Source: Tissierellales bacterium (GTDB taxonomy: Bacteria > Bacillota > Clostridia > Tissierellales > DATGTQ01). Taken from it: a stretch of DNA of 64,000 nucleotides. The notes beneath the pieces are model-generated. The model was not told where the DNA came from, searched no databases, and saw only the letters and a list, made by a program, of their open reading frames with translations. The DNA is taken from the NCBI GenBank assembly GCA_035301805.1, contig DATGTQ010000188.1, forward strand, positions 16,234 through 80,233, in the 5' to 3' direction. Shown piece after piece: positions 9,845 through 18,779 of this stretch (its first letter is position 1; every line of letters starts with the position of its first letter). Made by a program: the position numbers and the translations under genes.

Positions 9845-10350
9845 TATCTGCTAAGTTAAAAGCCCTAGCTGTTTGATAAAAGGCATCTTCTGGATCCCTT
9901 AGTGCCATGACCATCCTTGGGAACTCCCCATGACCTGCATAAATTAAAAAACTAAGATCCCCCTGTTCAGTTCTCGTGGCAATACCAGTAGCTGGTGCTG
10001 GACTTTGAGCATTTAATTGAAGCTTCCATTAAAGGTAGCCCTATTACTTCTTTTCTATTACTTATACCTTTATCGCAGATTATTATTCCTTCTTCTTTCA
10101 ATTTAGACTTTTCAAGGCTTATTGATTCTTCGTTTAATCCAAATATTAAGTCTACATTTGAATCATGAGTATATATTGGCTTATCTGAAAATCTAATTTG
10201 AACAAAATTATGTCCTCCCCTGACTCTAGACATAAAATCCTTATATGAAAAAACATGAAAACCATAGCGCTTTAATACTTTTTCCAACAAATTACCGATA
10301 GTATCCATACACTGTCCCGCTGCGCCTGCTATAAGTATACTATAATCCAT
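9845..10350 (-). pseudogene. Decayed paralogue of the 2-oxoacid:ferredoxin oxidoreductase gamma/alpha subunit (internal deletion, frameshift and 3' truncation)
   Basis: MDYSILIAGAAGQCMDTIGNLLEKVLKRYGFHVFSYKDFMSRVRGGHNFVQIRF parallels the intact gene's MDYSILVGGQAGQGMDTFGHLLERTLKRSGFYVFSSQDYMSRVRGGNNFVQVRF. Bases 9845-10010 align at DNA level with 11950-12115 (..GHGEFPRM.MALRDPEDAFYQT.RAFN..). About 490 bp between the two blocks is missing. Confidence 0.85.
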
Positions 10351-10385
10351 ATTTTGATCCCCTTCTTATTTTCCTATGTACTCTA

Positions 10386-10416
10386 ATAGAAGGATATTAA
10401 AATAATATCCTTCTAT
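10386..10416 (-). terminator. Strong hairpin downstream of the oxidoreductase beta-subunit gene
   Basis: atagaaggatatt (10386-10398) pairs with aatatccttctat (10404-10416), a 13-bp perfect stem. The U-tract is weak. Confidence 0.5.
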
Positions 10417-10423
10417 CCAAAAT

Positions 10424-11275
10424 TTATATAAACTCTTCCATTAATTTTTCCGCATCTAATGGATCTAATTTTCTATCTACCATTGGTGGTCCTTCTTTTA
10501 CAAAATCAAATTTATCCTCATAGGTATCCTTTTCCACTTTATATAAAATACCTATAGGTATTTTATCATCAAATTCCATGGCCTTTTTAAAAGCTTCTTC
10601 TTTATTTGTATAATCATAATCCTCTGGAAGATGATAAACTCTTTCTTTATACCAAGCATAGGTGTTAACTTTATTCCATACTACACAAGGTTGTAAAATA
10701 TCTACTAATGCATAGCCTTTATAATTTATTGCCTCTTTCATTACCCCTACTAAATGGGGGACATCTCCTGAAAAACTTCTTGCTACAAATCCAGCCCCCA
10801 TAGTAAGAGCTAGGGCTAAAGGATTTAATGGTTCTACCTTGACTCCATCAAATTGCAAAGTAGTTTTTTGTCCCTCTGCTGTTGTTGGTGAAGCTTGACC
10901 TTTAGTTAAACCATATATCTGATTATCGTGAACAAAATGAGCTATATCAATATTACGTCTTATAGTATGAATAAAATGATTTCCACCTTCACCATAGGTG
11001 TCTCCATCTCCAGACTCTACAATTACATTTAAATCTTTATTAGCCATTTTTATTCCAATAGCTGGTGGTAAAGCCCTACCATGTAAACCATTAAAACCAT
11101 TTACCTTTATATAGTGAGGCATTTTTGCTGCTTGCCCTATTCCCGATGATATAACTACCTCATGGGGTTCTATTTCTAATTCTTCTAGGGCTTGCTTTAA
11201 GGCTGTTCTTATCATAAAATTTCCACAGCCTGGACACCATGCTGGTTCTTTAAGTTCATAATCATACTTCGTCAT
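10424..11275 (-). CDS. 2-oxoacid:ferredoxin oxidoreductase, beta (TPP-binding) subunit
   Basis: WCPGCGNF.., GDGDTYGEGGNHF (TPP-binding GDG..N motif). 283 aa. Start overlaps the alpha-subunit stop. Confidence 0.9.
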   Translation of the reverse strand: MTKYDYELKEPAWCPGCGNFMIRTALKQALEELEIEPHEVVISSGIGQAAKMPHYIKVNGFNGLHGRALPPAIGIKMANKDLNVIVESGDGDTYGEGGNHFIHTIRRNIDIAHFVHDNQIYGLTKGQASPTTAEGQKTTLQFDGVKVEPLNPLALALTMGAGFVARSFSGDVPHLVGVMKEAINYKGYALVDILQPCVVWNKVNTYAWYKERVYHLPEDYDYTNKEEAFKKAMEFDDKIPIGILYKVEKDTYEDKFDFVKEGPPMVDRKLDPLDAEKLMEEFI

Positions 11276-12942
11276 TATAATACCTCCTTAAGCCTATTAT
11301 ACAATTCATCCACATTGAAAGGACGACCGTCAAACTTAAGTATCTTATGAGTAGATTTAATAAGAGCTTGTTCCTTTATTAAACTATCTAATTGGGCTGT
11401 AGCATTTTGTTCCACATCGATGATATTTTTCGCATTCTCACTCATTTCTAAAAGTTTTTTAGTTGGGAATGGCCATATATCGCCAAATACTAAAGCACTG
11501 ATTGAAACTCCTTCTTCTACTAATCTTTCTACTGCTTCTTTTATTATTCCATAAGTAGAACCCCAAGCTACTATAAGGTTTTCTGGATTTTCTCCACCTA
11601 TAACCCAAGGTTCCTCTACCTCTTTTTTTAAACCTTCTAATTTTTTCATTCGTTTCTCAACCATTTTTATTCTAGTTTCACTATCTTCAATGATATTTCC
11701 CCATTCATCATGTTCATCACTATCTACTAAAACTATTTTACCAGATACTTTGCCTGGTATTAATCTTGGAGATATACCAGTCTCTGTAAACTTATATCTT
11801 TTATATTCTTCATCCTTTATTTCATCCATATTAGCTAGATGTCTTTCTATTTTAACCTTATTAAAATCAAAAGGCTTTGAGGTTACCATGCTATCTGCCA
11901 TATATTGATCACTTAGCAATAGTACTGGTATTTGGTATTTTTCCGCAATATTGAAAGCTCTTACGGTTTGATAGAAGGCATCTTCTGGATCTCTTAAAGC
12001 CATAATCATTCTAGGGAATTCTCCATGACCTGCATGAATTAAGAATCTAAGATCTGCTTGTTCTGTTCTTGTTGGAAGTCCCGTTGCTGGACCTGGCCTT
12101 TGAACATTAGCTAAAACCACAGGTGTTTCTATAATACCTGCTAAACTTAAGGCCTCTACCATTAAAGAAAATCCTCCACCCGAGGAAGCTGTCATAGACC
12201 TTACTCCTGTATAGGATGCTCCTAATGCCATATTTAATGCTGCAACTTCATCTTCTACTTGATCAACAACTATATTCATTTCATCTGCTTTAGAAGATAT
12301 ATATGTTAATATTCCTGAAGAAGGTGTCATAGGATATCCACAGTAAAATTTACATCCTGCTGTAACAGCTCCTAATCCAATTGCATCATTGCCATTTATT
12401 AACACATTCTCATCTTTACTGATTTCTAATTGATGTTTAGTTTCTACCATTTCATAGCCTTCTTTTAAGGCTTTAATATTTACATCTGCCACTTTTTCAT
12501 TAAATACACTTTTTATTACATCTTCTCCAATTTCCAAAGATAGTCCAAAATATTTTAAAATAGCTCCCAGCCCTGCAGTAGTATAAACCCTACTATTTTT
12601 CACCTTTTTTGCTACTTTAATTAAAGGTAAATGTACTATATCCTTTCCTTCTCCTACGCTTTCATCGCAAATTATTATACCATTATCTTTTATACTAGAT
12701 GAGTGAATGTCTATTGTTTCATTATTTAGGGCAAATATCACATCTACCTTTGATGTAGATGCATATATAGGATTATTTGAAAATCTTACCTGTACAAAAT
12801 TATTTCCACCCCTCACTCTAGACATGTAATCTTGACTTGAAAATACATAAAATCCACTACGCTTTAGTGTTCTTTCTAATAAATGACCAAAAGTATCCAT
12901 TCCTTGGCCAGCTTGTCCTCCTACAAGTATGCTATAATCCAC
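11275..12942 (-). CDS. 2-oxoacid:ferredoxin oxidoreductase, fused gamma-alpha subunit
   Basis: N-terminal gamma-type domain (GGQGMDT..RVRGG) followed by an alpha-type pyrimidine-binding/transketolase-C-like region (GYPMTPSS, QRPGPATGLPTRTEQADL). Substrate specificity cannot be determined from the sequence. Confidence 0.9.
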   Translation of the reverse strand: MDYSILVGGQAGQGMDTFGHLLERTLKRSGFYVFSSQDYMSRVRGGNNFVQVRFSNNPIYASTSKVDVIFALNNETIDIHSSSIKDNGIIICDESVGEGKDIVHLPLIKVAKKVKNSRVYTTAGLGAILKYFGLSLEIGEDVIKSVFNEKVADVNIKALKEGYEMVETKHQLEISKDENVLINGNDAIGLGAVTAGCKFYCGYPMTPSSGILTYISSKADEMNIVVDQVEDEVAALNMALGASYTGVRSMTASSGGGFSLMVEALSLAGIIETPVVLANVQRPGPATGLPTRTEQADLRFLIHAGHGEFPRMIMALRDPEDAFYQTVRAFNIAEKYQIPVLLLSDQYMADSMVTSKPFDFNKVKIERHLANMDEIKDEEYKRYKFTETGISPRLIPGKVSGKIVLVDSDEHDEWGNIIEDSETRIKMVEKRMKKLEGLKKEVEEPWVIGGENPENLIVAWGSTYGIIKEAVERLVEEGVSISALVFGDIWPFPTKKLLEMSENAKNIIDVEQNATAQLDSLIKEQALIKSTHKILKFDGRPFNVDELYNRLKEVL

Positions 12943-13080
12943 ATTCTTACCCCCTTTATAAGTTTTATGTCCTTAATCAATGTTATACCCTACTTTTTTA
13001 TAAGGAAACTTACATTAAAAATAAAAAAATTCCTGAAATGCTTGCTTTATTAAACTATTTCAGAAATTTCTATTACCCAA

Positions 13081-14664
13081 CTATCTTTTCTTTTTTTTAT
13101 CCATTGCCACTTCTACCCTGACCTTTTTTCCCTTAATTCTATTATTATTTAGTGAATCCAATATATCATTTGTATACTTTCTAGGAGCTTCAATAAATGA
13201 AAATTTATCATAAATATCAATATCTCCTATAGAGTCTCTGGAAATATTAGCTAACTGATAAATCCCACCAACAATATGTCTTGGTCTAACACCATCTTTT
13301 CTTCCTATATTAATATATAACCTTTCCATTTCTTCGCTATTTTTACTTTCTAGTTTCCTATTTTTATCTTCTGATTTATCATCAAAATATAGTTTTAAAA
13401 GCCCAGCCGCTATATCTTTAAGTTTATAGCCTTCTTCTAGTAGCAATTCTACACTAGTTTCATACTTAGAAAGATCAGAAATTCCTATTTCATGCTTTAT
13501 TTTTCCTAATATATCCGTAGTTTTACTTTCTGCTACCTCATTTAATGTGGGGATATCTTTTCGAACAACTTTAGTTTTGGCATATTTCTCTATATCTTTA
13601 AGCTTATTAATATCTCTGCCTACTACAAGACTATAGGCTTTTCCTGTTTTCCCAGCTCTTGCTGTTCTTCCAATTCTGTGAACATAATATTCCAAATCCT
13701 GTGGTATGTCGTAGTTAAACACTATATCAACATTATCTACATCTATTCCCCTAGCCGCCACATCTGTTGCCACTAAAATATCGATGTTTCCTTTTCTAAA
13801 TTTAGACATAACCTTGTCCCTTTGGGATTGCTTTAGATCACCATGGATTCCATCTGCAAAATATCCTCTTCCCTGAAGTTCTATTATGAGTTCATCTACC
13901 TTCCGTTTTGTATTACAAAATACTATGCTTAAATTGGAATTTTGTATATCTAATAATCTAGAAAGTATTTCAGTTTTCATACCTTTCTTAACCTTTAAAT
14001 AATACTGTTCAATATTTGGAACCGTTAATTCCTTGGGAACTGTTCTTATATATTTAGGGGTTTTCTGATATTTTTTAGCAAAATTAATTATCTTCTTATC
14101 CATTGTTGCAGAAAAAAATACCGTTTGTCTATCTTTAGGAGTCTTATTAATAACAAGCTCAATATCATCCCTAAATCCCATATCAAACATTTCATCGGCT
14201 TCATCTAATACCATCATTTCAATATTATCTAATTTTAATGTACCTCTTTTTATATGGTCAATTACTCTTCCTGGAGTACCTATAACTATCTGGACTCCCT
14301 TTTTTAATGCCTTTATTTGTCTTTCTATAGGTTGCCCTCCATATACTGGTAATACAAAAATTTCTTTTTTATATTTAGCTAGTTTCTTTATTTCTTTCGC
14401 CACTTGAATTGAAAGTTCTCGCGTGGGACATAATACAATAGACTGAAGCTGCCTCGATTCAGAATTTATTCTTTCAATAATAGGTATACCAAAAGCTGCG
14501 GTTTTCCCAGTACCTGTCTGTGCCTGACCAACCACATCCCTACCCTCCATTAAATAGGGGATAGCTTGTGCCTGAATTGGCGATGCCTCTTCAAACCCCA
14601 TATCAGATACAGCTTTTTTAATTTCTTTTGAAACATCCATTTCTTCAAATCGTGTTTTATTCAT
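13081..14664 (-). CDS. DEAD-box ATP-dependent RNA helicase with C-terminal DbpA-type RNA-binding domain
   Basis: Q motif and AQTGTGKT (Walker A), VLDEADEM (DEAD), SAT, HRIGRTARAG. C-terminal RLYINIGRKDGVRPRHIVG.. followed by a basic tail. Confidence 0.9.
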   Translation of the reverse strand: MNKTRFEEMDVSKEIKKAVSDMGFEEASPIQAQAIPYLMEGRDVVGQAQTGTGKTAAFGIPIIERINSESRQLQSIVLCPTRELSIQVAKEIKKLAKYKKEIFVLPVYGGQPIERQIKALKKGVQIVIGTPGRVIDHIKRGTLKLDNIEMMVLDEADEMFDMGFRDDIELVINKTPKDRQTVFFSATMDKKIINFAKKYQKTPKYIRTVPKELTVPNIEQYYLKVKKGMKTEILSRLLDIQNSNLSIVFCNTKRKVDELIIELQGRGYFADGIHGDLKQSQRDKVMSKFRKGNIDILVATDVAARGIDVDNVDIVFNYDIPQDLEYYVHRIGRTARAGKTGKAYSLVVGRDINKLKDIEKYAKTKVVRKDIPTLNEVAESKTTDILGKIKHEIGISDLSKYETSVELLLEEGYKLKDIAAGLLKLYFDDKSEDKNRKLESKNSEEMERLYINIGRKDGVRPRHIVGGIYQLANISRDSIGDIDIYDKFSFIEAPRKYTNDILDSLNNNRIKGKKVRVEVAMDKKKKR

Positions 14665-14870
14665 ATACGTATTTATACTTCCTTTCTTATTTTTAATTAA
14701 TTGTGGAATATACCATTATTATTTCAATAATAAACTCTAAATATTATATTCCAATATTAATATTTTTTTGATTAATACAGTAGATTGGCTGCACAATATA
14801 TTATCAGCTTTTGTAGGAATATACAAGCTAAATGTTTATTGTTAATTATGATTTTAGAAATTTCCATATT

Positions 14871-15872
14871 CTAATTTTCATCTAATCCATATCTCTTTAC
14901 TGCATTATTTACTATTTTCATGACTAATCCATCATAGTTTAACCCAGCAGCACCAGCCATTTTACACAAATCACTATGGCCTTTCATTAATCCTGGTAAT
15001 GAATTAATTTCCAATACATATGGAATATTATCTTCATTTAATCTAAAATCAATTCTAGCATAATCCCTCATATTTAGGGCCTTATATGCCTTAACTGCCA
15101 TTTTTTTTATATTATTTTCCGTTTCCTTTTTTATTCTCGCTGGGACATAATATTTAGTTTGTTCGCCATAATGAACTTTTACTTCAAAGCTATAAAATTT
15201 ATTTAAATGATTCGGTATGTTTGAAAAGTCTATTTCTAGAATTGGAAGTACTGAAATATTATCGGAATTACCCATAACCCCTACAGTAAATTCTTTTCCT
15301 TCTATATACTTTGTTATCATAATTGGTGGATTATAAGTTTTTAGCTGTTCTCCAATTATTTTAATTAAAGACTCTTTATTAAATACTAAACTGTCCTCAT
15401 GTATACCTCTACTTGAGCCTTCATTTTTCGGTTTAACTAAAACTGGAAAGTTAAATTCTAAGTCTTTAATTTCATCAATATTATAGACATAAATAAAGTT
15501 TGGCGTAGGTATGCCTAATTTTTTAAAAATCAAACCAGAATAAATCTTATCCTGAGCAAGGCCATGACCTAAAGGTGAAGAGCTTGTATACGGAATTCCT
15601 GCAGATTCTAACATGGCAGGAAGTTGGGATAGTCTTGAATTCCCTCTTATACCATTGCATAAATTAAAAACTAAATCAACTTTTTCTCCTTTTAGCCTTT
15701 TTATAGCATTATCATCAAATACTAAATTTATACAATCGTATTTTTTAGAAATGGTTTCCTTCAGCTGCTTTACGGTTTTTCTTTTTTGCTTGTCTTCTAA
15801 CAAACCCTCCTCAGTCGGTAAAAACTCTGCCCTAGGCTTATCAGTAATAATTCCTATCTTCATATTATACAT
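14871..15872 (-). CDS. ATP-grasp ligase of the D-alanine--D-alanine ligase family with a non-canonical N-terminus
   Basis: Ddl-like central and C-terminal regions (DKIYSGLIFKKLGIPTPNF, PVLVKPKNEGSSRGI, ARIDFRL..PYVLEINSLPG). It lacks the usual N-terminal GG.S.EHEVS motif. Confidence 0.65.
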   Translation of the reverse strand: MYNMKIGIITDKPRAEFLPTEEGLLEDKQKRKTVKQLKETISKKYDCINLVFDDNAIKRLKGEKVDLVFNLCNGIRGNSRLSQLPAMLESAGIPYTSSSPLGHGLAQDKIYSGLIFKKLGIPTPNFIYVYNIDEIKDLEFNFPVLVKPKNEGSSRGIHEDSLVFNKESLIKIIGEQLKTYNPPIMITKYIEGKEFTVGVMGNSDNISVLPILEIDFSNIPNHLNKFYSFEVKVHYGEQTKYYVPARIKKETENNIKKMAVKAYKALNMRDYARIDFRLNEDNIPYVLEINSLPGLMKGHSDLCKMAGAAGLNYDGLVMKIVNNAVKRYGLDEN

Positions 15873-16054
15873 TCAACTCCCTTTCAGATCTCTTTTTAGA
15901 AAAATACATACAAAAAAAGCAGCACAGCTGCTTTTACCGGGGAATCTTAAGTTCCTTTCGGCAGTCACATCTCCATTTTATTATCTAGGAAAATATATCT
16001 TTCTAGAAAGAGTCTCTCTATATATATTATATTACTTTTCTCGTCAAAAGTCAA
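15873..16054 (-). promoter_or_regulatory. Consensus sigma-A promoter, ~100 nt leader and intrinsic terminator (unassigned attenuator or riboswitch candidate)
   Basis: On the minus strand: TTGACT (16054-16049), a 17-nt spacer, then TATAAT (16031-16026). The leader has the local hairpin ucuag..cuaga. The terminator AAAGCAGC-ugu-GCUGCUUU plus U7 (plus-strand 15915-15938) lies ~40 nt before the RBS. Confidence 0.6.
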
Positions 16055-16086
16055 ATTAATGGCTATTTTACTTATATATACCTTAA

Positions 16087-16398
16087 GCAAGATTATCTTC
16101 TGAGAGCTTCAGTATAAAATATTTAAATAACAATGGTGAGACTTATATTTCATTAAAAGCTTTCGGAGATAAAATAACCATTAAGGTAGCAGATAATGGT
16201 CTAGGCATATTAGAAGAAGAGTTACCGTATATTTTTGAACGTTTTTATAGGGGCAATAACTCAAAAAACAATCAAGTAAAAGGCTATGGATTAGCCCTTG
16301 CCATAACAAAATCCCTTGTAAAGGCCCATAATGGTAGTATAGAAGTTGAAAGTAAGGTAGGAGTAGGCACCAAGTTTACTATGGTCTTTCCATTTTAG
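16087..16398 (+). pseudogene. C-terminal (HATPase_c) remnant of a sensor histidine kinase
   Basis: An open frame with no start codon translates to ..ISLKAFGDKITIKVADNGLGILEEELPYIFERFYRGNNS..GYGLALAITKSLVKAHNGSIEVESKVGVGTKFTMVFPF*, which carries the G1, F and G2 boxes. There are no H-box or sensor regions upstream. It overlaps the 3' end of the ger permease gene by 20 nt. Confidence 0.75.
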
Positions 16399-17512
16399 AA
16401 TTCTTATTATATTTGTTGGCCTCTATACTTTTTCTTCTAAATAAATAGACTATTAAAGCTATAAGTGGAATTATAAACATACTAATAAGTGAAATAATTA
16501 ATAATATCCCTTGAATAGGATGTTTAACTGCTACAATTGGCCGATTGTCTTTTAAAATTACAGATGCTATAAGGACTATTACAGCATTTGGTATTATGTA
16601 AGGTTTATTATTAGTTTTATTTAGAACTTGAGACATGGATACACTAGAAAAATATAAAAGCCCTGATATTTTCCCAATACTTCCCATAATCCAAGTAACA
16701 ATAAATATAGATTCTATTCTTTCAATGAAGTGGTAAAGCTCTATAGTTCTAGTATATGTAAAGAAAGGAAAATTTGCATGTTTTGCTTGTTCAATACCAA
16801 GTACACTTTGAGTCACTATTAACATAAGGACAATAATTAAAGTTGAATATACAAGGCACTTATAAAATATTGAGTTTAATTTCTCTTTCTCTTCTAAATA
16901 AGGTGTTATCATAGCTAAAACTAATATATCCGTAAATCGTAGAGCTACATCTATAGTTCCTTTATTTATCCCATCTAGGGTAGAGTCTTTAAGTATGGGT
17001 AAAAGTACTTTAAGGTCCATCCTTTTCCACCCTAATACTGATAATAAAAAAATAACTATTAAAATAAAAGGTACTATTATTTCTCCAGTTTTACACATAG
17101 TTATCAGTCCTTTATAAGCAACATAGGTACATGTTGCTATTCCAATTAAGGCCGTAAACCATGTTGGAGTATTTGGAAACATAGTAGAATCAAGCATTTC
17201 TATTAATAGAGAGAGAAAGAATATTGCCGAAACAAGAAAAAATAAACTATAGTAACTTCCTACAATTTTCCCAATTACTTTTCCAAATATATTTTCCATA
17301 TATTCTATTAATGTTAGCTCATTAAACCTATTACTTAAAAATAGTACAGGAAAACATAGGAGCAAAACATAAGGGATAGATAATAGTAACACTATCCAAG
17401 CATCTTGATTTGCTGGTATAATATTTATAGACGGTAGATAGGAAAAACCAATAATTACCCTAAAAATTAATATTAATAATATTGCCTGATATGAAGTTAC
17501 TTTTCTTTCCAT
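16379..17512 (-). CDS. Spore germination protein, GerAB/GerKB-type permease subunit
   Basis: About 10 TM segments, 377 aa. Third gene of an A-C-B germinant receptor operon. Confidence 0.8.
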   Translation of the reverse strand: MERKVTSYQAILLILIFRVIIGFSYLPSINIIPANQDAWIVLLLSIPYVLLLCFPVLFLSNRFNELTLIEYMENIFGKVIGKIVGSYYSLFFLVSAIFFLSLLIEMLDSTMFPNTPTWFTALIGIATCTYVAYKGLITMCKTGEIIVPFILIVIFLLSVLGWKRMDLKVLLPILKDSTLDGINKGTIDVALRFTDILVLAMITPYLEEKEKLNSIFYKCLVYSTLIIVLMLIVTQSVLGIEQAKHANFPFFTYTRTIELYHFIERIESIFIVTWIMGSIGKISGLLYFSSVSMSQVLNKTNNKPYIIPNAVIVLIASVILKDNRPIVAVKHPIQGILLIISLISMFIIPLIALIVYLFRRKSIEANKYNKNSKMERP

Positions 17513-17518
17513 TACTAT

Positions 17519-18775
17519 TTATTCTCCCTTTACTTTAATAGTAGGTGTATTTGTTAACCCAGTTCTTAAAATACTAGTTTCTACTTCTACCTGAAACTCT
17601 GTTTCTGGAAAAATATCACCCCAATCATCCTTTATTTCATCCCATTTTTCAGGATATTTTCTATGAAATAAGGATGCTGATTTAAATATATCTACTTTAA
17701 ATTCTTTTTGTGCTTTGTTTATAACTTTTTCCATTTCATTCTTTACCTCTTCTGAACAAGCTTCTTCTAGACTCTCTATTACAGCTTTTCTTGAAATACC
17801 AATATCCCCCACTACCTCAGCCACAGATCCCTTTAAAACAACCTTTATTTTAAATATTATTTTCCCATCCTTTACCTCAACATCTCTTTTCGTCTTACTC
17901 TTTATAATCTCAACCAAAGTTGCTTCATAATTCATATTTTTAGAATCTCCTATTTCGCATTCAGCCTTGGGCGTTGGAAGTGTGTGTTCATCTGCATCAA
18001 TATGGGGAGTTGGAAACTGAATAAGCCCCCCTTTTATTTCCCCAGTTATAAAATTAAACCCTCTGGTTTCATTACCATTCAAATATCCTACTATCATTCC
18101 TTCTTTAAATACAGTTGCACCCTCTACTGATAATTCATATGGTTTTTTTGGTTGTGAAACATCTACCCTTTTTATTTCGTTTCTAGTTTTTCTTTCTATA
18201 ACTCCAACCACTGGTTGTGAACCTTCCTCATAATAATATTTCATAAAGTCTAATATATCTACATCTACCGTTTTCCCATTAACCTTTTTATTCTCTACTA
18301 GTTGCGTAACATAATTTGCTGGAACATCCTCTATTCCTGCAGCAATTCCCATAATTTCATAAGCCTTAGAATCTTTAGCAATTAATAAATATGTAGTTTC
18401 TCTAGGCTCATCATATCTTTTAAAAAAATCCATATATTCAATTATCTCACTTTTACCAATTTCTTCACCAAAGATAAAAACCCTACTATGAGACCCAAAT
18501 AATGCTCTATCAAATTTTAAAGTTATATCCCTACCAGCATCAACTATGGTTTTACCTCTTCCTTGAACATAACTTGTTTCTAATTCACCCAACCCTTTTG
18601 TTGATGGCTCAGGATCTATTACCTCTGCTGTTAATAATATATCTCCATTCTCTTCTAAATCAAAACCCATAATTAATGAAATACCTAGGGTATTAAGTTC
18701 TCTAGAATTCCAACATCCACTTAGTACAAAGCTTATAATTAAAACACTTAATAATAATAGACCTTTTTTATTCAT
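17519..18775 (-). CDS. Spore germination lipoprotein, Ger(x)C family
   Basis: Signal peptide with lipobox LSGCWNSRELN, the hallmark start of the GerAC family. 418 aa. Confidence 0.85.
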   Translation of the reverse strand: MNKKGLLLLSVLIISFVLSGCWNSRELNTLGISLIMGFDLEENGDILLTAEVIDPEPSTKGLGELETSYVQGRGKTIVDAGRDITLKFDRALFGSHSRVFIFGEEIGKSEIIEYMDFFKRYDEPRETTYLLIAKDSKAYEIMGIAAGIEDVPANYVTQLVENKKVNGKTVDVDILDFMKYYYEEGSQPVVGVIERKTRNEIKRVDVSQPKKPYELSVEGATVFKEGMIVGYLNGNETRGFNFITGEIKGGLIQFPTPHIDADEHTLPTPKAECEIGDSKNMNYEATLVEIIKSKTKRDVEVKDGKIIFKIKVVLKGSVAEVVGDIGISRKAVIESLEEACSEEVKNEMEKVINKAQKEFKVDIFKSASLFHRKYPEKWDEIKDDWGDIFPETEFQVEVETSILRTGLTNTPTIKVKGE

Positions 18776-18779
18776 TCTT

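Noticed and set aside
9967-10350. 127-aa ORF that could be annotated as a stand-alone gamma-like oxidoreductase subunit.
   Set aside because: Its C-terminal ~15 residues are an out-of-frame read of alpha-subunit-homologous DNA. The homology continues in another frame down to ~9845. It is better explained as a decayed paralogue (reported as a pseudogene).
12837-13121. 94-aa plus-strand ORF across the oxidoreductase/helicase intergenic region. The same reasoning applies to 15613-16059 across the ATP-grasp gene start and leader.
   Set aside because: They are antisense to gene ends and regulatory regions. The translations are AT-rich and low-complexity, with no RBS.
15959-15968. GUGACUGCCG in the ATP-grasp leader resembles the GUGACUGGCG core of ZTP (pfl) riboswitches.
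   Set aside because: There is no downstream CCGCCUGGGC pseudoknot partner, the leader is too short, and the gene context is unrelated to purine or folate metabolism.
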